In this document: piece after piece, positions 48,986 through 58,387 of the stretch
How the letters are laid out: each line of letters begins with the position of its first letter
Position numbering within the stretch: position 1 is the stretch's first letter
IMG/VR virus record: IMGVR_UViG_2823949316_000001
Span: 5,531-69,530 of that record
Reading direction: 5' to 3' (one strand)
DNA length: 64,000 nucleotides
Origin: a virus
Lineage: Duplodnaviria > Heunggongvirae > Uroviricota > Caudoviricetes
The notes under the pieces: model-generated
What the model was told of the DNA's origin: nothing
The model's input: the letters and a program-made list of their open reading frames with translations, nothing else
Database searches by the model: none
Program-made: the position numbers and the translations under genes

Positions 48986-51589
48986 ATGAGCGAAGTCAAA
49001 ATCCGCCTCCCGGCGCCCCATCCTGTCCAAAAGAAAATCCTCAGTCGCCCGACCCGCTTCAATGCCATCTGCATGGGCGAGAAGGGCGGCAAGACCACGC
49101 TCGGCATCGAGGTGCTGATCATGTCAGCCCGCGGCGCATTGGCCGGCAATGCGCCGGTAGCCTGGTTCGCCGCCACCAAGGAAGAGCTCGTCGAGGTCAA
49201 GCGCATCGTCCGGCGCGCCATCGACCAGGTCATCAAGCGGCAGCCCAACGCGCGCCGCATCGAGCTCGCCAACGGCAACGCCATCGACTTCTACTCGCTC
49301 GACGAGATGCCTAAGAGTTTCCCGCAGTACGGCCTGATCGTGGTCGACGACGTGTGCCAGGTGCCCCTGTTCCTCGATACCTGGGAGGACGTGCTGAGCG
49401 AGTGCCTGCGCGAGCACCAGGGCGAGGGCTGGTTCCTGTCGAACGCCTACGGCAAGCGCAACGACTTCTACCGCCTGTACCAGATCGGCAACCTGGATCC
49501 GGACTGGTCTTGCTGGCAGTTCCCGTCCGACTGCAACCCGTTCCTGCCCGAAGACGCGAAGGCCGAAATGGCCGAGGTCACCGAGCTCGAGCTGCGGCAG
49601 CGGTTCGGCGCCGAGTTTCTGGATGTCGCCGTCGAGCTGACGGCTGCGCAGCGCGTGCTGAAGCAGGGCGAGACCTTCATCCAGTGGTGCGAGCGCCTGG
49701 AGCAGGATGGCCTGAAGGTGGACGGCGTCCCGTTCACGCTGTCCGACCGCCCCGCCATGCGCTTCATCTACGAGCTGATCCCGTCCACCAGGGAGGAGGC
49801 CTTCGAGCGCGTCGACGTGATCATGAAGTGCACCCAGGTGGGATTCACGGTGATGGAGATGCTGGCGGCCATCTACCTGGCCCTGCGGTTCGCCCCGGCC
49901 AAGATCGGCATGTTCATGCCGTCGACGTCCCTGGCGTCGGGCAAGTCCTCTGAGCGCTTCCTGCCGATCGCGCGCACCGTGCCGGCCGTGCACCGCCTGA
50001 TGACCGAGAAGAACGCCTCTGGCGGCCGCGGTGGCGAGGGTAACGTTCTGATCAGGAACCTGGGGCCGTCGCGCTTCCACTTCCTCTGGACGTCCGGCGC
50101 GACCGCGACCGAGTCGTTCCCGATGGACGTCATCTCCTTCGACGAGGTGCAGGAGATGCTGATCGCCGACATGGAGAAGGTGGTCGAGCGTCTGTCGGCG
50201 TCCAAGCTGAAATACACCCTCATGGGCAGCACGGCCAACTGGCCAGACAGCGACATCCACTGGTGGTACCAGCGCGGCACCCAGCACCAGTTCCACACCG
50301 AGTGCCCGCACTGCGGCCTGGGCCAGGTGCTCGACGAGCACTTCCCGGAGTGCATCCAGTTCGACCCGCAGCACCCGAAGCGCAAGCAGCGCGGCGACAC
50401 CATCCTGCTCGGCGAGTACCGCTACCAGTGCCACTCGTGCAAGGGCTGGATCGACGACCCGCAGCAGGGCGAGTGGATCGCCAAGAACCCGGCGGCCGAC
50501 ATCCGGTCGGTGCACTTCCCGCAGTTCCTGTCGCCGACGATCAGCCCGCGCAACATCATCGAGGCGTTCCGCAACAACGACAGCATGAAGGGCTTCTACA
50601 ACCGGAAGCTGGGCAAGCCGTACACCGACCCGTCGCAGGTGCCGGTGAACCTGGAGATGCTGAACCAGTGCGCCGCGGAAGGCATGCGCCGGGGCGTGGT
50701 CTGGAAGGATCGGGCGCGCAACACCTTCATGGGCATCGACCAGATGGGCGCCTACAACGTGGCGATCATCAAAGAGCGCATGGACAGCGGTCACCAGGCC
50801 GTGATCCACCTCGAGTACATCTTCGACGCAGACCCGTTCATGCGCTGCAGCAAGCTCATGGAGCTCTACGGCGTGCAGTGCTGCGTGGTCGAGACGCTGC
50901 CTAACTACAACGATGCGAAGCGCTTCGCCCAGCGCCACTCCGGCAAGGTGTTCCTGGCCGGCTACGGCAACATGGACAATGAGATGCTGATCTGGGGCGA
51001 CACCCCGAAAAGCAACTCATCCGATCGCCGCACGGACGAAGAAGCGCTCGACCGCTACACGGTTCGCCTCGACCAGTACAAGTGCATGCAGGTTTCGATG
51101 GCCCGCTTTGCGACGCAGAGCTGCCTGTTCCCGGATCCTACCGCGCTGGTGCAGATGTATGCCGAGAAGGGCGAGAAGGCGCTGACGCCGGTCTGCAAGG
51201 ACGTGGCATTCTTCCACTTCACGCGCACGGCGCTGGTGGTCGAGAAGGACGAGGACGAGAAGAAGTACAAGCGCAAGGTGGTCAAGGTCGGCATCGACCC
51301 GCACACCAGCTATGCCAACATGCTCTGCGACGTGGCCTGGTCGCGCGCGCACGGCACGAGCACGTTCATCCTGCCGAGCGGCGGCACCGATCACCAGAAG
51401 GCCCTGGAGCCCGGGCAGATCGATATTCCTGACCAGATCGCGGCAGTGATGTCTCAGCTGCAGATTTCGAGGGACGAGGTGTGCGGGAACTGCGTCAACC
51501 GCGACGAGGAGACCGGCCTGTGCTCTGAGCAGCGGGTGCTCACCGCGAAGGCCGATCCTGGGTGCTGGGCGTTCATTGCCAAAGGCTGA
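48986..51589 (+). CDS. Putative terminase large subunit (GpA-like: N-terminal ATPase, internal zinc ribbon, C-terminal nuclease), 867 aa
   Basis: Walker A-like MGEKGGKTT. Acidic Walker-B-like IVVDDV and ISFDEVQEM. CPHCG...CHSCKG zinc ribbon. The portal gene follows after an inserted leftward cluster. No small-subunit gene was identified directly upstream. Confidence 0.55.
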   Translation: MSEVKIRLPAPHPVQKKILSRPTRFNAICMGEKGGKTTLGIEVLIMSARGALAGNAPVAWFAATKEELVEVKRIVRRAIDQVIKRQPNARRIELANGNAIDFYSLDEMPKSFPQYGLIVVDDVCQVPLFLDTWEDVLSECLREHQGEGWFLSNAYGKRNDFYRLYQIGNLDPDWSCWQFPSDCNPFLPEDAKAEMAEVTELELRQRFGAEFLDVAVELTAAQRVLKQGETFIQWCERLEQDGLKVDGVPFTLSDRPAMRFIYELIPSTREEAFERVDVIMKCTQVGFTVMEMLAAIYLALRFAPAKIGMFMPSTSLASGKSSERFLPIARTVPAVHRLMTEKNASGGRGGEGNVLIRNLGPSRFHFLWTSGATATESFPMDVISFDEVQEMLIADMEKVVERLSASKLKYTLMGSTANWPDSDIHWWYQRGTQHQFHTECPHCGLGQVLDEHFPECIQFDPQHPKRKQRGDTILLGEYRYQCHSCKGWIDDPQQGEWIAKNPAADIRSVHFPQFLSPTISPRNIIEAFRNNDSMKGFYNRKLGKPYTDPSQVPVNLEMLNQCAAEGMRRGVVWKDRARNTFMGIDQMGAYNVAIIKERMDSGHQAVIHLEYIFDADPFMRCSKLMELYGVQCCVVETLPNYNDAKRFAQRHSGKVFLAGYGNMDNEMLIWGDTPKSNSSDRRTDEEALDRYTVRLDQYKCMQVSMARFATQSCLFPDPTALVQMYAEKGEKALTPVCKDVAFFHFTRTALVVEKDEDEKKYKRKVVKVGIDPHTSYANMLCDVAWSRAHGTSTFILPSGGTDHQKALEPGQIDIPDQIAAVMSQLQISRDEVCGNCVNRDEETGLCSEQRVLTAKADPGCWAFIAKG

Positions 51590-52243
51590 TCAGTCGTAGT
51601 CGAACGAGCTGACAGAGTAGCTGCGCAGGATCGCAGGTGCGCCTGGGTTGTTGATCAGTACGTCTACGGTGTCGCCATTGTCGATCCAGCAGCCCTTGAC
51701 GCCGAATGCGTCCTGCCCGGGCTTGCTCAGGCGGATGTCAGCGGCCTTGCCGGGCACGCCGTGGCAGCTCATGTGGGTGTCCAGGTCGAGACGCACTTCC
51801 ATCTGCCCGTTGGCGCCGAAGGTGTCGCGCAGTACAGGGCGCACCTTCGGCCGCGGCTGGGTGGCTGACACCGGCGACATGTTCCAGTCGGTGAAGTGCT
51901 CGGTCTTCACAAAATCGTTGATGTTGCGGATGAACTCCGCCGGCGCGCCGGTCTCGTTGCTGCGCATGAACAGGGTCACGGTGCCGTCACCGTTCGGCCA
52001 CCAGCAGCCGATGCCCAGGCGATGGATCAGCTTGGGGGCGTTCGGCGACATGCCACCGATCACCGCCGCCGGGTAGCCCGTGCGGCCCTTGCAGGCGCGA
52101 GGCTCGGCCTCGTGGTCGTGCAGCTCCAGGGCGTACATGACCGAGCTGGATGACTTGGTGAGTGCGGCCGCCACGACTTCGGCATGGGCGGAGGTGGTGG
52201 CCAGGACAGCGGCCAGGGCGATGGCATAACGGATCATGGGCAT
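51590..52243 (-). CDS. Secreted/periplasmic protein with cleavable signal peptide (217 aa)
   Basis: MPMIRYAIALAAVLATTSAHA/EVV... GAGGAG RBS. Convergent with and abutting the terminase stop. Confidence 0.6.
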   Translation of the reverse strand: MPMIRYAIALAAVLATTSAHAEVVAAALTKSSSSVMYALELHDHEAEPRACKGRTGYPAAVIGGMSPNAPKLIHRLGIGCWWPNGDGTVTLFMRSNETGAPAEFIRNINDFVKTEHFTDWNMSPVSATQPRPKVRPVLRDTFGANGQMEVRLDLDTHMSCHGVPGKAADIRLSKPGQDAFGVKGCWIDNGDTVDVLINNPGAPAILRSYSVSSFDYD

Positions 52244-52392
52244 ATACTCCTCAGCTTATCGACTACCGGACGTTGAGTCCGGCGTCGACGCACCAGTGGT
52301 TGAGTGAGGCGCCTGGCGCTGTTCTGGTGTGGATGGCTGCTCCTGCAGCTCGCCCCAGGCCTGGCGGCGGCGCTGGGCCGCCCGGGCTTGTG

Positions 52393-53073
52393 TCATTCGT
52401 CGCATTCTTCTTCCTCGGCAGCCATCGGCCCGTGATCTGGGCAGTGTGGCGGCCCTACTTCATCCAGCCATTTGCGCGAGACGCGCGCCACGTAACCGCA
52501 ATCTGCGCAGAGCACCTTCATCAGGCGGGTGGTCTGCTTCTTCGGAGCGTTGGTGATCAGCTCCTGCAGCTTGTCGCCCGCCAGGCCTTCCCGGATGCCC
52601 TTGGCGATCAGGCCGGCGCCTTGTGGGCGTTTGCCGGACGGGAACAGGCCCTCTGGGCGCCACTGCAGCTTGCCGTGTGGCAGTTGGCCCAGCTCGTCGA
52701 TGAAGGGCTGCACCCATGCCTCGAACACTGGTGTCGGCACCGTGCAGGTGAATGGCTTGGTCATGCCGATCAGCATCATGAGCCGTTTGAAATTGCCCTT
52801 GTGGCCCTCCTGGAGCCCGACCGCCACGTGGCAGAGCTCGTGCGCCAGATAGGCGGTCACCATCATCGGGCGATCCTCATCCGGACGGATCAGGATCTCG
52901 AACTTGCCGTCAGCGCTGGCCACGTCCGACCAGACCTCGGCGGCCGCGCGGGCGTTCTGCCCGCCGGAGGTGAAGCCGATCGAGACGCGGAATGGCTTGA
53001 GGGGGAAGCCGAGCTCGGCGAAGCGCGGAGCCATACGCTCCGCGATCGCGTTCAACCATGTTTCCCTGTTCAC
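52393..53073 (-). CDS. SprT-like zinc metalloprotease domain protein with C-terminal zinc ribbon (226 aa)
   Basis: HExxH motif AYLAHELCHVAV. C-terminal CADCGY...CPDHG. Confidence 0.7.
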   Translation of the reverse strand: MNRETWLNAIAERMAPRFAELGFPLKPFRVSIGFTSGGQNARAAAEVWSDVASADGKFEILIRPDEDRPMMVTAYLAHELCHVAVGLQEGHKGNFKRLMMLIGMTKPFTCTVPTPVFEAWVQPFIDELGQLPHGKLQWRPEGLFPSGKRPQGAGLIAKGIREGLAGDKLQELITNAPKKQTTRLMKVLCADCGYVARVSRKWLDEVGPPHCPDHGPMAAEEEECDE

Positions 53074-53789
53074 GGCTTGGCCTGATCAGGTACGCCCTTG
53101 TTCAGCATGCTGCGCACACTCTCGACCAGCTCTACAGGCGCCAGGGCCTGGGTTTTCTTCGCTGGCTGAGGCAGAAGCTTGCCGGCTTCAGGAAAAATAT
53201 CGATCAACTGACGGGATGTGCGGCAAGAGCTGATGACGTTAGTTGCCTTCGCATGGAATTCGACGGCCGCCCTCAAGATATCCAGCAGCTGTTCTTTGAC
53301 TGCGCTGGCCTGTTTGGCGATCTTGCTGCCAGCCTCTACCTCTCCCATGCCGTTCAGACGAGGGACTGAACCATTGGTCGACGTGAACTGGAGCTCGTAG
53401 TTATCGTAGTAGCCTTCCTTGCGAACGAAGCTGGCAACCTGTGCGTACTCAGGTGTTTTGAGGATGGTTTTAAAAATATCGAGACGCGCGCTCTCGTCGC
53501 TGCGGTGGCGGGAGAAGGCGATCCGCAGAGGGTTCCCTTGTCCGGGCACCGAAAGGCTCTCCCGCGTGGTTGCCGCCACGACACCGGCGGCGATCAATTC
53601 TGGGTAGCGCTTCGGATCGATCTGCAGAACCTTCCCGACCGCGGCAGCGTGATCGGCCCAAAACTGCTCGTTCAGCTTGGTAAGAGTTGCACCGATGCGC
53701 TTGCCATGCTTCGCGACAGCCTGCTGTGTGAGTTGGTCTACAACGCGCTCGCGCATCTCTTTGGATAGCGCAAAAGATTGAGTGGTCAT
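53070..53789 (-). CDS. Hypothetical protein (239 aa)
   Basis: ORF-track protein. RBS AGAAGGAAAGGAAATG. ATGA-coupled to the SprT-like gene. Confidence 0.55.
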   Translation of the reverse strand: MTTQSFALSKEMRERVVDQLTQQAVAKHGKRIGATLTKLNEQFWADHAAAVGKVLQIDPKRYPELIAAGVVAATTRESLSVPGQGNPLRIAFSRHRSDESARLDIFKTILKTPEYAQVASFVRKEGYYDNYELQFTSTNGSVPRLNGMGEVEAGSKIAKQASAVKEQLLDILRAAVEFHAKATNVISSCRTSRQLIDIFPEAGKLLPQPAKKTQALAPVELVESVRSMLNKGVPDQAKP

Positions 53790-53848
53790 TTCCTTTCCTT
53801 CTAGAGTAATCGTCAGTATTTAAAGGCCATTTGCTGCGGCCTGGATGA

Positions 53849-53878
53849 ATCATACTTGATCAAAAATAAGTAATGCAA
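53849..53878 (-). promoter_or_regulatory. Strong sigma70-like leftward promoter (-35 TTGCAT, 18-nt spacer containing TTGATCAAG, -10 TATGAT)
   Basis: Read on the minus strand: TTGCATTACTTATTTTTGATCAAGTATGAT. Upstream of the 239-aa/SprT unit. Confidence 0.55.
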
Positions 53879-53890
53879 GCATTTGGTCAA

Positions 53891-53916
53891 AGAAAACCCG
53901 CCGAAGCGGGTCTTTT
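53891..53916. terminator. Bidirectional-looking intrinsic terminator (ACCCGC-CGAA-GCGGGT flanked by A- and T-runs)
   Basis: AAAGAAAACCCGCCGAAGCGGGTCTTTTG. Confidence 0.5.
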
Positions 53917-53928
53917 GCATGGTGCAGG

Positions 53929-54141
53929 TCAAAGCAGAACGAGCGGCTGCTTCGGCACCAACTGATCAGCCAGCATGCGGCGCAGGATACGCTCATGCGG
54001 TGACTGGCTGACCTGCTCGTTCGCCCAAGCTTCCCAGTCGCTGCGCTTGCCGTACTCGGCGATGATGCGCCCGGCCTCGCCGCGGGCGGCCAGCCAGGTG
54101 TCCAGGCTCTTCTGGCGTTGTTGAGCGATGAGGGTCATCAA
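53929..54141 (-). CDS. Hypothetical protein (70 aa)
   Basis: ATGA-coupled to the MazG-like gene. Confidence 0.4.
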   Translation of the reverse strand: MMTLIAQQRQKSLDTWLAARGEAGRIIAEYGKRSDWEAWANEQVSQSPHERILRRMLADQLVPKQPLVLL

Positions 54142-54608
54142 TAGGCCTTCCCGCCGGCCAGCTGCCGGGTTTCCAGCTTGTGATCGGCGCGACGCTGGTT
54201 GTAGGCCAGCTTCTCGATGGCAGCGCTGGTAATGTCGAGCTCGAGGAAGCCACCCAGGTCAAGAATGCGGATCAAGGCGTCCGCCAGCTCAACCTCGATC
54301 ATCTGACGGTGAGGCAGGTGGTCGTCCATCAGCTTTTTGCGATCGCCTTCCATCGCCTCGCTGATTTCCGAGTGGATCAGGCACAGTTTCTCGGCGACGT
54401 TGACCTGCTCCAGGGTCTTGCGCTCCCCAGTCGCTTTGTCAGTCCACCAGCCGCTGAGGCAGGCCAGCGAGTGGCAGAGATCCTGAAGGATATCCAGGCC
54501 CTCGACCGCGCGCTCAATGCCACGGGTATGTTGGATGCCGCCGATGTATGGAGTGGTCGCCATGATGGCTTCGAGTTCTTGTGCTGCCTGGTTGAGTGGA
54601 GTGGTCAC
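54138..54608 (-). CDS. MazG-like nucleoside-triphosphate pyrophosphohydrolase (156 aa)
   Basis: ...EISEAMEG... and ...EVELADALIRILDLG... helices typical of all-alpha NTP-PPase (MazG) proteins. Confidence 0.6.
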   Translation of the reverse strand: MTTPLNQAAQELEAIMATTPYIGGIQHTRGIERAVEGLDILQDLCHSLACLSGWWTDKATGERKTLEQVNVAEKLCLIHSEISEAMEGDRKKLMDDHLPHRQMIEVELADALIRILDLGGFLELDITSAAIEKLAYNQRRADHKLETRQLAGGKAY

Positions 54609-54632
54609 GTTCCTTTCCTCGTTGGTGGTTGG

Positions 54633-54830
54633 TCATGCTGCCGCGCGCCTGGCGGCTGTCTGTTCGGCCCTGCAGGCCTTGCATTCTGAGTGGTAGTGCC
54701 CGCGCGTGGTAATGAAGCTGAAGAATTCGTCAGTCTGCGGCCACCACTCTTCGCAGTGCCCGCACAGCTTTTCTATCTCGCCGTCAATTTTTCTGAGTAC
54801 AGGCCTACCAGCGTAGCGTCGGATTACCAT
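54633..54830 (-). CDS. Small zinc-finger protein (65 aa; CGHCEE...CKAC)
   Basis: ORF-track protein. First gene of the leftward cluster, divergent from the portal gene. Confidence 0.45.
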   Translation of the reverse strand: MVIRRYAGRPVLRKIDGEIEKLCGHCEEWWPQTDEFFSFITTRGHYHSECKACRAEQTAARRAAA

Positions 54831-54922
54831 CGCTTGACTGCTCTGTGGGTGCTGGCGTGCTGATGATACTCAAAAATGAACAAGCAGCGCAACAGCACCC
54901 GTCGTGACGTGAAACTAGCGCC

Positions 54923-56587
54923 ATGAGCGATAAAGCGATCGAAGTAGCACACAACCCAGCAGCGCCTGCCGACGAGCAGCGCGATGCCATGCGCGTCGCT
55001 CAGAAAGACGCGATGCCGTCCACCGTGCGCGATATGCTGCCGGTGGTCGAGTTCATGCAGCGCCAGATCGAAGAGCAGGACATGCACAAGGCTCTGTCGA
55101 AGCCGAATGTGATCCCGTTCCCGTCGACCGCTATCGAGAAGAAGCGCGACGGCATGCAGTCGGTCTTCCTGGACGATCGCCGGATCCAGATGCTTGGCGA
55201 CTACTACGAGCCGCCCGGCAATTTCGGCTTCGACATGATGCGCGCGATGGTCGACCAGACGCCGATCCTGTCGTCGGTGATCTTGACCCGCCAGCGCCAG
55301 ATCAAGCGCTTCTGCCGCGTGCAGGAGAGTGGCAAGGGGCCAGGGTTCGCCATCAAGCTCAAGGACACCTCTGCAAAGCAGGGCGATTCCGAGCGCCAGT
55401 CCATCCAGCTGCTGGAAGGGTTCTTCACCAACTGCGGGTGGGAGGCGAGCCCCAGGGTGCGCAAGCGCCTGCGCCGGGATAACTTCTCCGGCTTCATGAT
55501 GAAGCAGGTACGGGACAGCCTGATCCTGGACAGCGCGCCGATCGAGACCGAGTGGAAGCGCGACCGCAAGCTCGGCATCGACGGGTTCTACGCCGTGGAC
55601 GGCGCGACCATCCGCCTGTGCAGCGAGGAAGGCTACCAGGGCGACGACGAGATTTTTGCCCTGCAGGTCGTCCAGGGCAACCTGCGGGCAGCCTACACCT
55701 ACGACGACCTGATCTACGAGCCGCGCAACCCGCGCACTGACGTGATGGTTGGCGGCTACGGCATGTCCGAGACCGAGCTGCTTATCAAGGTGGTCACCGG
55801 CCTGCTCAATGCCATGACCTACAACCTGAAATTCTTCGACAGCAACAACATCCCGAAAGGGATGCTGCACCTGTCCGGCGACTACTCCGAAAGCGACCTG
55901 AATTCGTTTAAACGCTACTGGAACGCCATGGTGAAGGGTATCAACAATGCCTGGAGCCTGCCGGTGATGGTCTCCAAGAACCAGGAGTCCAAGGCGTCGT
56001 TCGAGAAGTTCGGCGTCGACATCGATGACGTGATGTTCGCCAAGTGGATGACCTTTCTCACGTCGATCGTCTGCGCGATCTACGGCATGGCCCCGGACGA
56101 GATCAACTTCGAGTCGTTCACGGCCGGCAATACCTCGGCGCTGTCCGGCAGCGACACCGAAGAGAAGCTGATCAACTCCAAGGACAAAGGTCTTCGCCCG
56201 CTGCTCAGCCACTTCGAGGACGTCTTCAGCGATTTCATCGTCGCCGAGTTCGGCGACAAGTACGTGTTCCGCTGGACTGGCCTGGACGAGATGAATCCGG
56301 AGCAGGCCTGGAAGGAAGAGGAGGCCCTGAGCACGCTGAACGAGGCGCGCAAGGCCCGCGGCTGGGACGAGATCAAGGACGAGATCCTGGGCAACGCGCC
56401 ACTGAACCCGAACCTGATGGGCGCGTACATGCAGGCCCATGCGCCGGCAGGCGATGAGCCCGAACAGTCGGCGGCACCCCAGGGCAAGCCTGCTCCCAAG
56501 GCCGATCGCAACCCGGAAGACGACGCCGAGGATGGCGAGGATCTGGCGAAGTCGTTCGGCCTGCCAGTTTTCAGGGTCGACCCATGA
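54923..56587 (+). CDS. Putative portal protein (554 aa)
   Basis: Size, position between the terminase and head genes, and a highly acidic C-terminus. Assignment by synteny only. Confidence 0.55.
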   Translation: MSDKAIEVAHNPAAPADEQRDAMRVAQKDAMPSTVRDMLPVVEFMQRQIEEQDMHKALSKPNVIPFPSTAIEKKRDGMQSVFLDDRRIQMLGDYYEPPGNFGFDMMRAMVDQTPILSSVILTRQRQIKRFCRVQESGKGPGFAIKLKDTSAKQGDSERQSIQLLEGFFTNCGWEASPRVRKRLRRDNFSGFMMKQVRDSLILDSAPIETEWKRDRKLGIDGFYAVDGATIRLCSEEGYQGDDEIFALQVVQGNLRAAYTYDDLIYEPRNPRTDVMVGGYGMSETELLIKVVTGLLNAMTYNLKFFDSNNIPKGMLHLSGDYSESDLNSFKRYWNAMVKGINNAWSLPVMVSKNQESKASFEKFGVDIDDVMFAKWMTFLTSIVCAIYGMAPDEINFESFTAGNTSALSGSDTEEKLINSKDKGLRPLLSHFEDVFSDFIVAEFGDKYVFRWTGLDEMNPEQAWKEEEALSTLNEARKARGWDEIKDEILGNAPLNPNLMGAYMQAHAPAGDEPEQSAAPQGKPAPKADRNPEDDAEDGEDLAKSFGLPVFRVDP

Positions 56588-56831
56588 ATCAAGCCCAAGC
56601 ATAACCCTGAATCCTGACAGGGCCTGGCCGGGGCTAAGCGGCCGGGGCATTTTCTACCTCTCGCGGTCGGAGGTCTGCCCATCAGTGATGGTGGTCGGCA
56701 GGAACGACTGAGAAGCGCAGCCCTCTGCTCGGTTCGCCGGGTTCGTCGCTAAGGGGGAAGTTCCAGCCGCCGGCGCAGCGCTAACTGCCCGGCGGCCGGG
56801 GCGCCACCACTCCAGCTGCGAGCCAAGGCCA

Positions 56832-57989
56832 ATGTCCAACCTCTTTCTCGACATCTACCCCCTCTCCGAGCGCGCCACCAACGACGCGCTCGAGTACATT
56901 TTCAAGGCGCACGACCACGGCGGCGACGGCATCTGGTCGCCTCACGAGTCGCCGCTGATCCGGCGCCTGGTCGAGCTGTTCACCAAGCGCGGTCTCGACC
57001 GCCTGGACGCCGTCCAGAAGCAGATCCTGGCCTGGGAGGCAGGTGATCACCACAAGCCCAGCGAGGCGCCGGTGGCCCGCCCTGGCATGATGGAGCGCTG
57101 GAACGAGGCCGAGCTGTCTCTGGTGAAGCTTTACCTGGAGAGCCTGCCGCCCGAGCAATGGGGACTGGATGACCATATGATGGCCGTCGACTACGTCGTG
57201 CAGCGCTACCTGCCGGCCGACGAGCTCAAGACCGAAGCCGAGTGGCTGTCGACCCGCGCCGGCATGATGGGCAAGGTGCAGGCAAACCTCGATGCCGCCG
57301 CCGTAGCAACCATGACGGGCAAGGGCGCCGACGCGATCCTGGCGGCTCTGCCCAGCACGGTTGCCCAGGCCGTCAGCCAGTTCAACCTGCCAGCGCAGCA
57401 GCGCGCCACCCTGGAGTTCGCCCGGGTGCGCACCGCTGAGAACGTGCGGGCGCTGACGGATTCCGTGCGGCACCGCATGCGCAACACCATCGTGCAGCAC
57501 CTGGAGGAGCAACAGACCACCGCCGCAGGCGTGCCTGGCCAGGCCCTGCAGTCGAAGCTGTTCGACCAGTTCGCCATGCTCAACCGGGACTGGCGTCGCA
57601 TCGCCGTGACCGAGGCTGGCGAGGCACAGACGCAGGGTTATATCGCCAGCCTCAAGCCGGGCACGAAGGTGAAGCGGGTCGAGCAATACGCAACCGCCTG
57701 CGGGTTCTGCAAGAAGATCGACGGCGTGATCGCTACCGTGGTGGCCGCCGACGCGCCGGACAAAGACCCGGAGACCCAGATTTGGCCAGGCAAGAACAAC
57801 GTCGGTCGCTCCGCCTCGCCGCGCAAGCGCGTTGGCGACCAGCTGGTGGCGCGTGATCCGGACGAGATGTGGCAGTTGCCGGCAGGCCTGGCGCATCCGC
57901 ACTGTCGCGGGCGCTGGGTGCCGGTGATCGAGGACGAGCCAGGTGACGATCCTGAGTTCGCCGACATGTTGCGCGAGCTGCTGGCGTAG
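56832..57989 (+). CDS. Putative MuF-like minor head (morphogenesis) protein (385 aa)
   Basis: Position directly after the portal in the head module. No motif-level support. Confidence 0.4.
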   Translation: MSNLFLDIYPLSERATNDALEYIFKAHDHGGDGIWSPHESPLIRRLVELFTKRGLDRLDAVQKQILAWEAGDHHKPSEAPVARPGMMERWNEAELSLVKLYLESLPPEQWGLDDHMMAVDYVVQRYLPADELKTEAEWLSTRAGMMGKVQANLDAAAVATMTGKGADAILAALPSTVAQAVSQFNLPAQQRATLEFARVRTAENVRALTDSVRHRMRNTIVQHLEEQQTTAAGVPGQALQSKLFDQFAMLNRDWRRIAVTEAGEAQTQGYIASLKPGTKVKRVEQYATACGFCKKIDGVIATVVAADAPDKDPETQIWPGKNNVGRSASPRKRVGDQLVARDPDEMWQLPAGLAHPHCRGRWVPVIEDEPGDDPEFADMLRELLA

Positions 57990-58042
57990 CGCCACCGCTC
58001 AGCTTGCGCTAAAATGATCAAACCTGACCCGGAGCCAACCAC

Positions 58043-58258
58043 ATGAAAAAGCTGCTGCTGTCCCTGTACATCGCCACCGCCACTGCCTGCATGGCCGGCG
58101 GCCCTGTGTTCGCCGCCGATGCCGGCAGCTGCTATGCGATCGCTGACGCGGATGCGCGGGCCTACTGCCTGGCGAAGGCGCGCGGCGACAGCGGCACCTG
58201 TTACACGATTCAGTCGAGCGGCCTGCGCTCGCAGTGCCTGGCCGAGGTGCGGAAGTAG
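58043..58258 (+). CDS. Small lipoprotein (71 aa) with two tandem CY-x13-C-L-A-x-xR repeats
   Basis: Signal peptide MKKLLLSLYIATATAC (lipobox ATAC). 6 Cys. Own terminator downstream. A strong -10-like TAAAAT lies upstream. Confidence 0.55.
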   Translation: MKKLLLSLYIATATACMAGGPVFAADAGSCYAIADADARAYCLAKARGDSGTCYTIQSSGLRSQCLAEVRK

Positions 58259-58317
58259 TTGCAGGCGCGATAGCTCTGCGCGCATACTACCCGGGCACTT
58301 CCTTTCCTTCCCCAATT

Positions 58318-58341
58318 GCCGCTCCCTGGAGCGGCTTTTTT
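58318..58341 (+). terminator. Rho-independent terminator (GCCGCTCC-CTG-GAGCGGC + TTTTTT)
   Basis: Perfect stem + T6 after the lipoprotein gene. Confidence 0.65.
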
Positions 58342-58387
58342 ATGCCTGCGCTCCCAGCTGAAATCGTCGTGACAGCAAACTGACTTC

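Noticed and set aside
54824-56650. 608-aa minus-strand ORF
   Set aside because: Antisense to the portal-candidate gene. Composition artefact.
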